Assembly (NCBI GenBank): GCA_965223265.1
Contig: OZ244999.1
Location: 992,001-1,056,000, forward strand
DNA length: 64,000 nucleotides
Direction of reading: 5' to 3'
Source: Planctomycetota bacterium
Lineage (GTDB): Bacteria; Planctomycetota; UBA8108; SXIK01
Under the pieces are notes generated by a model. That model did not search any database and had not been told where the DNA came from. It was given only the letters and a program-made list of their open reading frames with translations. The position numbers and the translations under genes were made by a program. This document shows, piece by piece, positions 43,154 through 51,229 of the stretch. Within the stretch, counting starts at the first letter, position 1; every line of letters starts with the position of its first letter.

Positions 43154-43379
43154 TGGAGACGTTGGGCGCGCTTACGTCCGCGATGAGAGGACCATTGCAC
43201 GGACCCCCAAGGTATTTCTTCCGTCGTGTCGAGGACCAGAATCGTCCGACTTCTTACATTTCGCCGGTTGGTCGCGCACCCCGCGCTGCTGTAGGTCGTT
43301 GCTCAGTCCGGTCAGTTCAGCGTCACTCTTTAGATTTGACGCCTTTTGCAAAAAGTCGACTCGCGGATTCTCTCGAACA

Positions 43380-43994
43380 CTATTCTGCGGTTTCGTCCCG
43401 TTGGTTTGCGGTCGCCGGGTCCTCACCCCTCGTAGACATCCGCAGGGCAACTTTCCAACCACCGTCGTTTTGGCGTCGCACAATCAGCAGGCTAACGCCA
43501 GAGTCCCTAATCGGTTCGGCATCGACGCCGGGCTTTGGCGTGGCAATGTTTGCGTAGGTACTCCAGAGGTATCCTAAGTCGCCGGAGACTTCCGTCTTGC
43601 CCTCGGCAACCTCCGTTGTCCACGTGTAGTCTCCCGGGTTCAAGCCCACCGCTTCCGCCATCGAGGCCATACCACCGCCCTCCTCTTCAGTCTTCGCGGC
43701 CGCAAAGACGTGTTGGTACAGCTCTCGGAGCGCATCTTTTCCAACGATTGGCTCCTCAAGCGACATAATCACGGCAGCGTCATCCGCGTAGCAAGAGAGA
43801 AGAAGTTCTGGGTCGCCCTTGGCCCACGCGGCAGCGTATTCCTCCGCAAATCGCTTGACGGAAGCGACGTCTTCGTCTTGTTTGTTCTTCATAGGGACCT
43901 CCGACACGCCGCTGCCTGTTAGAGAACACCCAGACAGCGCGAGAACAACGGCAGTCGTGACGAAGATTCCATCTCCCACGTTGCCAAAGTTCAT
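43380..43994 (-). CDS. SnoaL/DUF4440 (NTF2-like) lipoprotein
   Basis: Lipobox LSGC, YAAAWAKGD..YADDA, VSGDLGY, RRQNDGGWK. Confidence 0.8.
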   Translation of the reverse strand: MNFGNVGDGIFVTTAVVLALSGCSLTGSGVSEVPMKNKQDEDVASVKRFAEEYAAAWAKGDPELLLSCYADDAAVIMSLEEPIVGKDALRELYQHVFAAAKTEEEGGGMASMAEAVGLNPGDYTWTTEVAEGKTEVSGDLGYLWSTYANIATPKPGVDAEPIRDSGVSLLIVRRQNDGGWKVALRMSTRGEDPATANQRDETAE

Positions 43995-44356
43995 GCCCGC
44001 TCTCCTGCGTGTGCGAACGCGACACACTCCTTTTCTCCTTCTGGGCCAGCAAGAAAGACCCCGGACGCGGCTCGCATCTCGGCAGGACCCGCGCCTGTTC
44101 GCCTTCGTAGACTCTTTCCAAAATGCGCGAACTGTGAAGAGTTCCGTTTTCACGAGAGCCCCGCCCGCAGAGCCTCTCTGATGCTCAGATTGTACCCGAG
44201 GACCACTTACGACTGCAGTATCTTCCGCAGTCGACGGGCGTGGTACCGGAAGACGAGCGAATCCTGCTTCAGGCCCGAGCACATGAGTCGACACGTGGAA
44301 TACCTGCGCTGCGCGACACGCCGTCGCGAATCTTTGTGGAAGGCGACACGAGGCCG

Positions 44357-44845
44357 TCAGTGTGAGTATTTCTCAAGGAGAGGCCTTGGAGGAACCTCTT
44401 CCCCAGTCTCTTCGTCGAGCACTGCGACAGCGCCATTTAACCCCAAGAACCCAGACACCATGATTTCAAACGCTGCGTCGTAGGCCGAACGGGCTTCCTG
44501 AGGAACCTCGTGACGGTCGTACACTTCGTCAATGCAGTCCCGAAAAACTTGGGCGTCTTCACCTGGGATGTCGACCAGCAATGCTTCGCGGGTTACCCAC
44601 GGACCATCAGCATGACGGTCGTCCCATGAAAGCTCATCAGTCTCGAGCCGGTGGAGATTCCAGTACACTTGGTTGTTAAAGAACTGGAATCGTTCCCTGC
44701 TATCCGGTTGTGTCAGTCGATTCAGAACAACGCCACAAGCCTCTTTGCAGGCAGTGAATCCTTCGCCGTTCTCTTCCACGTCTGGAAGCGTGATTTCCTT
44801 GAGCGTCCAAATGGCCTGTTCTTCAGTCATGCGCAACCGTAACAC
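44357..44845 (-). CDS. Hypothetical acidic protein
   Basis: 162-aa ORF, co-oriented with its neighbours, with protein-like composition. Confidence 0.55.
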   Translation of the reverse strand: MLRLRMTEEQAIWTLKEITLPDVEENGEGFTACKEACGVVLNRLTQPDSRERFQFFNNQVYWNLHRLETDELSWDDRHADGPWVTREALLVDIPGEDAQVFRDCIDEVYDRHEVPQEARSAYDAAFEIMVSGFLGLNGAVAVLDEETGEEVPPRPLLEKYSH

Positions 44846-44981
44846 GATTCGGCTGGCAAAGTCACGTACCGCAGACGTCTATCACTGAGTATGCACTGGA
44901 AAGGCCCTCGCGGAGGAAATGCTGAGTGAGCCCACAGGCGGCGTAACGCGGGTGACGAACACAACTGCTCGGCGGTCGGCG

Positions 44982-45600
44982 CTACCCCCAAACTCCGGTC
45001 ATGTTGCAGAACTGATGTCGAATCGACTCGAAGGGGCTCGTACCTTCACGATTGAATCCCTGGAACTCAGCTTCCTCCACTCGAAATCGACCGTTCTCTT
45101 CCACCAGTGCGTCTAGGAAGATGCGCGCCCCTGCGGTAAGGAACCGAGCTATAAGCTCGGCCCGGCGAAGCCGGTCACTGTCGCTATCAGCCCACTCGCT
45201 TCTACGAAAGCGCCCATGTCCAAGTCGCTTCGTGTCCCCGATATCAAACTCGAAGGGCGGCTCAGTGAGCATACAACCGCAGCCAACAACAAGACTTTGT
45301 AGCTCGTTATCGAACTCAGACCTCCGGTTCGCGTCAATCAGCCATCGAAATCCGTTCCCAACCGGGGAGCATCTCGGGCCGAAGGGTCCCCAGCACAGCA
45401 GCCCGTCCGGCCGGAGTGAGGTAGAGCGTCGAGTCCTCTCCGGTCATGACGAAGCCACAGTTCTTGGCGAGGTCTGCGAAGAACACGAACTGGTCGAACG
45501 GTGGCTCTCGCTCCAGTTCCTCTCGCCTCGTTGGGCCCACCTCGTAGAGGTGCTGAACGGCTTGGGCAACTCGGTTCCGTTTCGCTTCCGTTTTCGCCAC
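44982..45600 (-). other. Hypothetical gene, possibly split by a frameshift (45334-45600 and 44982-~45390)
   Basis: GTG at 45600 has an AGGAG RBS. The second frame is open across the first ORF's stop. Confidence 0.4.
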
Positions 45601-45614
45601 GGTTCTGCTATCTC

Positions 45615-48600
45615 CTACTTCGTCCCCGGCGCTAACTCGACAGCCTTCGCGAGCTCGACATACCGGCAGAAAGCGTTCGCGAGCTGCATCTGACGCGGCG
45701 ACCGGCACTCCGGCTCAAAGAGCTTCGCGCTCGCAACCAGAATACACGCACAGCGCGCGCGAGACGTTGCTACATTCAGACGGTTGAGGCTGTAAAGGAA
45801 CTCCATTCCGCGGGGAGCCTCTTCTGGTGACGACGTTGTCAACGAGTAGACCACGACAGGTGCTTCTTGGCCTTGGAACTTGTCGACCGTTCCGATTCGA
45901 GCTTGCGGCAATCGTTCGCTGAGGTCTGCGACCTGCGCGTTATAGGGTGCGACAACGAGTATATCCTCGAAGGAGACCGGGCGCGCTTCGCCGCGCTGGT
46001 TCGTCCAGGTGACAGAACCGGAAACGAGCGATTCGACGATTCTCGCGACGCATTCGACTTCCTCGGCAGACGAGCTTTGGTTCCCAACGTGTTCCACCGG
46101 GACAAAGAAGAGCCCGTGGCCGTCCCAAGTTCCTGAGCCGTTCAGCACCTGGAGCTCAAGGCCGGGACGTGGCCGAAGCCGGTCTTCGTAGAAGAGCTCG
46201 GAAGTGAGCTGGCATATCGCGGGGCTCAGCCGCCATGTTTCTGCGAGAAACAGACCTCGGTAATCCGGTAGCGTCTTTCGATTCCCGAGAATGTGCTCAA
46301 GCGCCGACACTTCCGTGCCGTCCGGGTGAGACCCTTGCTGTGGTTGTTCGAGTTGCCGAGGGTCCCCCAGCAGTACGATACTCTTTGCGGCTTGGGCGAC
46401 CGCGAGCACGTTCGCAAGAGACATCTGTCCGGCCTCGTCGACAAACAAGACGTCGACAGATTCGAAGAACTCCTCGCGCGCCCAGAGCCAGGCTGTTCCT
46501 GCTCCTACCTGAGCCGTACCGTTCTCGAGAGCGTCGCGGACCTTTCCGTTGTCGGTGAACTCAAGTACCGCGGAGCCTTCATTCTTCGCCTTGCCGGAAA
46601 CTTTCTGCACGCACGTAAGAGCAAGGTCGGCTTCGTCTGCGGCTTTGACTACCTCATCGATGAGGTTTCGAATGACCTTGTGGCTTACGGCCGTGATTCC
46701 TACTCGCTTCCCCGCGCGGACGAGCTCGCATACCATCCGAGCTCCGGTGTACGTTTTTCCTGACCCGGGAGGGCCCTGGACCGGTAGAACACCTCCGTCA
46801 AGTGAGAGGCCGAGTCGCTTTGCAGCGTCGAGAGTATCCTCTCCAGGGCGCATGAGCTCGATGCCGCTGGAAAGTCTTGGTGGTCGCCTTAGAAGCAAGT
46901 CCCGGGCACTCCTGTAGAGACCTTGGGTGACGACACCGTTCTCAACGACCCATTCAGCAAGCCGCATGACGGAATCGGATAACACACCTGACCTGACGAC
47001 TGAGTGCGCGAAAACGGCTTCTGGATGAATTCCTGCAGCCTGTCCGGCTTTCTTTATATCGACTGTCCGGTGCGCGAGGTCAACCTCGTCGACTGTCCCG
47101 ACGTTTTCGCCGTTGGCGGTGTGAAGCCTGTCGCGTTTTCTGAGTTGAGCATCTTGCTTTGGAAACGAGTAGCGGTCAACCGGACACTTCGCCGTTCCAC
47201 CGATTCGTTCCACGAACGTAAGGTCAGCAAGTGCTGCTTTCTCGTCGAGGAGCTCTTCATTTGTGAGGTCCTGTAGGCGGAAGTACTCCCACCAAGGAGC
47301 CTTTCCTTCGCGACGATGCCAATCGAGCATGTACGCAAGAAGCCAACGCGCATGTTGCTCCTTGCTCCGGCTGTGCTCTTCTATGGGAACGTCCCGTAGC
47401 AGTGATTCCATGACGACCTGCACACGTCCGCTCCTCTCTTCAAGAGCGTCGCTTGGGTCACCAACGAGCAGCTCGGGTCTTTCGACCGTTTCACCGTTGT
47501 CAATGAGCTCCGTTCTCAGTCTTTCCAACCAATCTCTAAGACGCAGCGTCGAGACGCAGTCGTCTCGGTTGTAGGCCTCTACGACGGAGCGCGTATCCTT
47601 GCTCAGGTCGGCACTTCCGAGCTCAAGAGCTCGCTCAAGAGCTCGCAGATTCGCTGACGCGTCCGGAAGTTCAATCTCGCGCTCATATCCGTAGAACGGT
47701 TCGAGCTCCTTAATCGAGTACCGTTCAACGCTTGCGCGAAGCGATTGCCGCACTACTGCGTGGAGGTCAACGAATACTCCCGCTCGAAGCAGTCGGTCGA
47801 CCTCATCTTCTCGCGTGGCGTACCGACCCATGAGCCGCTTCAGAGCAGCTGTGTCGTACGGTGTGAAGTGATAAACGTGAAGCCCCCTGAAAGCAGTCCG
47901 TCGCTCCACTACGGAATCAACGAAGCTCTGGAAAGCGGCACGTTCTCCCTCACGGTCAAGTCCCCAGAGACCGGTGTAGGCAAGTTCGCCGTCATTATCG
48001 AGAGTTGCCCAGCCAAGGAGGTACTCAAGTCCGTCGCGACCAACGAACGTATCGCCCTCCACGTCGAAGAACATGTCTCCCGGCGAAGGCTCTGGAAGGC
48101 GGGCAAGGCCACGCTCTGGCTCCGTGGGAAGAAGTTCGTAAATTGGAGCGTTTTTCTCTCTGCCTTCAAACTGAACACGAGCTTGTTCCCTGACTCTCAC
48201 GAGTCCCTCTACCGAACCGCGCTGCGGCCGCTTTGAAAGAGGAAGCGGAAGATTGGCTAACCCCTCAAGCGTTCCTACGTCCCAGCTTTCAAGCTCTCTT
48301 CTCTGGATTTTGGAAATGCCTGCAACAAGTGACAGGTGGTCGTCTTCGTGTCGCTTTCGGTCACACGAGGGCCACCAACGACAGATATCGCACTGCGGGA
48401 CGGGCTCGGGATAGATGCTCTCGTGAGAGCTCGGTTCTTGCGCAACGAACTCCTCAAGACGCTTCCTTACGAGGCGGTAGTAGGCGAGGAATTCGCTTAC
48501 GCGAAACGATTCTGGAACAAAGTCAACCCCAGTCGGGACGACATGCGTTCGCTCCGGCAAGGTACCTTGCACTTCGGAAAGAAGGTCAGAGTAGAGACAA

Positions 48601-49043
48601 AGTTGCAGGACGGTGCTTGCACGTGTCTCTTTCGCGAGCTTTGTGTCGTATACCTCGTAAGAGAACCGACCGAGATTGCTTGGCTTCTCGATTCTTCGAA
48701 GCACATCAGCTCGACCGAACCAACGACCTGCTTGCAGGGTCGCCTGAACGATTACGTGCACACCCCGACGAATGGCAGAGCACGTCTGTTCGAAAGCGAA
48801 TCCGGGAGATTCACCGTCGTCAATGCGAACGACTGAGAGCCCGCTTCTTCGGAGGCTTTCGACATAGGCTTCCTCGTGCTCGAAGCCTCTCTGCTGGAGG
48901 ACTTCGAGTGTTGGGTCCTTCCAGCGGGGAGGCTCGAGTTCGCCATGCGCGACCTGCTTATCAAGAGCTGTCAGATACCGGCAGCCAAGGTGGTTCGCGA
49001 GGTCTGAAGCGGACAGGCTAAGTTGTTCAGAAAGGAGTCTCAT
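45615..49043 (-). CDS. TM0106-family RecB-like nuclease / RNase H-like / SF1 helicase
   Basis: SASDL..HLGC, GRADVL..YDTKLA, C..CRW..C, FFDVEGD, YNRDDC, QGPPGSGKT, DEAGQ, GDPRQL, TVDKFQGQE, RLNVATSRA. Confidence 0.9.
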   Translation of the reverse strand: MRLLSEQLSLSASDLANHLGCRYLTALDKQVAHGELEPPRWKDPTLEVLQQRGFEHEEAYVESLRRSGLSVVRIDDGESPGFAFEQTCSAIRRGVHVIVQATLQAGRWFGRADVLRRIEKPSNLGRFSYEVYDTKLAKETRASTVLQLCLYSDLLSEVQGTLPERTHVVPTGVDFVPESFRVSEFLAYYRLVRKRLEEFVAQEPSSHESIYPEPVPQCDICRWWPSCDRKRHEDDHLSLVAGISKIQRRELESWDVGTLEGLANLPLPLSKRPQRGSVEGLVRVREQARVQFEGREKNAPIYELLPTEPERGLARLPEPSPGDMFFDVEGDTFVGRDGLEYLLGWATLDNDGELAYTGLWGLDREGERAAFQSFVDSVVERRTAFRGLHVYHFTPYDTAALKRLMGRYATREDEVDRLLRAGVFVDLHAVVRQSLRASVERYSIKELEPFYGYEREIELPDASANLRALERALELGSADLSKDTRSVVEAYNRDDCVSTLRLRDWLERLRTELIDNGETVERPELLVGDPSDALEERSGRVQVVMESLLRDVPIEEHSRSKEQHARWLLAYMLDWHRREGKAPWWEYFRLQDLTNEELLDEKAALADLTFVERIGGTAKCPVDRYSFPKQDAQLRKRDRLHTANGENVGTVDEVDLAHRTVDIKKAGQAAGIHPEAVFAHSVVRSGVLSDSVMRLAEWVVENGVVTQGLYRSARDLLLRRPPRLSSGIELMRPGEDTLDAAKRLGLSLDGGVLPVQGPPGSGKTYTGARMVCELVRAGKRVGITAVSHKVIRNLIDEVVKAADEADLALTCVQKVSGKAKNEGSAVLEFTDNGKVRDALENGTAQVGAGTAWLWAREEFFESVDVLFVDEAGQMSLANVLAVAQAAKSIVLLGDPRQLEQPQQGSHPDGTEVSALEHILGNRKTLPDYRGLFLAETWRLSPAICQLTSELFYEDRLRPRPGLELQVLNGSGTWDGHGLFFVPVEHVGNQSSSAEEVECVARIVESLVSGSVTWTNQRGEARPVSFEDILVVAPYNAQVADLSERLPQARIGTVDKFQGQEAPVVVYSLTTSSPEEAPRGMEFLYSLNRLNVATSRARCACILVASAKLFEPECRSPRQMQLANAFCRYVELAKAVELAPGTK

Positions 49044-49122
49044 GGCGGTGCAGGGACCTTTCCGGCTGCCGCGCGAGACCCCTGTGTTCTGTCCGGCTCG
49101 CCTCTATCCATAAACGCAGCGC

Positions 49123-51210
49123 CTACTGTCCGGCTCCCTTACCCACGAGGTCTTCCAAGAACTCTGACGCTGGGTCGATTCCTGTCACAAGCAAGTGGTC
49201 ACGGGCCCGCGTGCAGGCTACGTACAGTAAGTGCCTTTCTGTGCTGTAAACCTCTTCTAAGTCAGACGCGTCCGTTACGGCTTCCACTCGTTCCTGTTGC
49301 GGAACTACGTCGTCGTCACAAGCCATGACAACCACTGCGCGAAATTCGAGTCCCTTTGCAAGGTGCATGGTGGCAGCCGCAACACAGTTCTGCTCACTAT
49401 CGACAGCGGCACTCAGCTCGACCGGATTCAACCCAGCGGCCTCAATTGCCTTTCTCGCTCGCCCGATTTCTCTTTCAGACCGGACGATTACTCCTACTTC
49501 ATGCGGAAGCACTTTTTCCGCCACCCGGTCGTTGAGCCAGCTTGCAACTGCCTCTTGTTCTTCCTGCTCTGAACCGACAACGCTTACGGTCGGCTCTGCT
49601 CCGTTAAAGACAGACACCGTGCCCTTCCGAGACTCTTCGTTCCCGTCAACATCTGCGAGTGCTTGTGGGAGGAGATTGTCAGCCTTGCGACGGATTTGGT
49701 GCGAAGTCCGGTAGTTGATGCGGAGAGTTCGCGAGCGGCCGCGGATGTCGACTCCGAGTGACTTCCAAGAGAACGGAGTCTGAAAGATACGCTGACCGAG
49801 GTCGCCACAGAAAAAGAGTGCCGTCTTCCTCTCCCCCGCGAGCGTTGCGAGAAAACGAAGCTGCGGGACACCGATATCCTGTGCTTCGTCGACAACTGCG
49901 AAATCAAACGGCCGAGCTCCACTGGAAGCGAGTGCCTCCGCAAGGAGACTAAACGCAGAGGACAAAGTCACGAGCTTACGTTTCCTAAGCGACGCTCGGA
50001 CGCGTTCGAAGACCTCCCAGAGGGCTCTTCTTTGGTCCTCACCAAGCCGAGTCTTTCGACCAAGGCGCTTGACGTCACGATACTCTTCCCAGCTCGAAAG
50101 CTGCCATGCGTCAACGACGTCTCGCCACTCGTTCCAGAGGAACTGGTGTGTGAATCGCTTGTCATCAACGCCCTTGGCTGCCTTCTGAATCTCAGCGCGT
50201 ATGTCCCCGTCAGTAGCAAGCTCAAGCTCACCGACTTGCTCGGCGTAGAGCTCTTGGCCTATTGCATCCATCGGCCGAACCACAACGCGGTCAAGAACGC
50301 TCGGCTCGTTTCCAGCAAGGCGAGATAGCTTCAGTCTCAACGAATCAGCGAGCGTATCGGAGAAGGTCGTAAGGAGAACGCTTGCGTCAGGACGTGTTCT
50401 TGCGAGATGTGCGGCGCGGTGGAGAGCGACAATGGTCTTTCCGGTGCCAGCAGACCCCGAGACGCGTGCTGGTCCGTTGAAGTCTCTCTCTACAAGGTCT
50501 CGCTGCGCCGGGTGCAGAAAGACGGTCCACTTCTCCCACGGGTAGTCGAGTGCCCGCTCAAGCTCCTCGACGTTTGTCATGATTCGGAAACGCCTTTGTG
50601 CGTCGGGGTGGTCGAACGCGCTGACTGATTCAGCGACTGCCTCCAAGGTTTGCGGCGTCGTTCCTGTCGCAACGTCAAGAAGAGCCTCTGCCGCTTCGCT
50701 TGGTAGATGGTCTGTCAGGTCGAGGATTGTGTCTTCTGTTGCTGAGCGAACCTCTTCGAGCCACTCGACAGGAATGCCGTACTGCAAGAGCTCGTCGTCA
50801 TCCCGGTCGGCAAAAAGCGGAGGCTTTGCCGGGGTCGGCTCTTCAACCTCGACGTACTTCGCAATCGTGACTTCATGGACTCGTTCCCGAACTTCCACAA
50901 GCTGCGCAGCCCCGGTGCGCGGGTGCTTTTCGATTCGCCGTCTTTCGGCCCAAGCGTACGCCTCGTCGTGGTGGTCAACGTAGCAAAGCAGAAGGTCTGC
51001 GTCCGTTTTGTGAACAATCAGTCGAATGTCTCGACTGACCCGGACGGACCAAAAGTTCGGGTCCTTCGCGCGGTCAAGACGGTGAAACTGCATTCCGGGG
51101 TTCGCCGGGTTAAGCTGCAAGTCAAAGGCGGTCGTCTTTACGGCCTTTTGCTCGTCGCCTGTTAGCTTGTTCAGGCTGTCTGTGAACGTGTCGGCGATTC
51201 GGAATTTCAT
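49123..51210 (-). CDS. UvrD/SF1 helicase with a RelE/ParE-like N-terminal domain
   Basis: N-terminal F..SL.KL...WSVRVSRDIRLIVH. Helicase motifs GSAGTGKT, VDEAQD, GDLGQRI, NYR, KGLEF, LLYVACTRAR. Confidence 0.85.
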   Translation of the reverse strand: MKFRIADTFTDSLNKLTGDEQKAVKTTAFDLQLNPANPGMQFHRLDRAKDPNFWSVRVSRDIRLIVHKTDADLLLCYVDHHDEAYAWAERRRIEKHPRTGAAQLVEVRERVHEVTIAKYVEVEEPTPAKPPLFADRDDDELLQYGIPVEWLEEVRSATEDTILDLTDHLPSEAAEALLDVATGTTPQTLEAVAESVSAFDHPDAQRRFRIMTNVEELERALDYPWEKWTVFLHPAQRDLVERDFNGPARVSGSAGTGKTIVALHRAAHLARTRPDASVLLTTFSDTLADSLRLKLSRLAGNEPSVLDRVVVRPMDAIGQELYAEQVGELELATDGDIRAEIQKAAKGVDDKRFTHQFLWNEWRDVVDAWQLSSWEEYRDVKRLGRKTRLGEDQRRALWEVFERVRASLRKRKLVTLSSAFSLLAEALASSGARPFDFAVVDEAQDIGVPQLRFLATLAGERKTALFFCGDLGQRIFQTPFSWKSLGVDIRGRSRTLRINYRTSHQIRRKADNLLPQALADVDGNEESRKGTVSVFNGAEPTVSVVGSEQEEQEAVASWLNDRVAEKVLPHEVGVIVRSEREIGRARKAIEAAGLNPVELSAAVDSEQNCVAAATMHLAKGLEFRAVVVMACDDDVVPQQERVEAVTDASDLEEVYSTERHLLYVACTRARDHLLVTGIDPASEFLEDLVGKGAGQ

Positions 51211-51229
51211 GGAGTGTTGCCCGCGCTTC

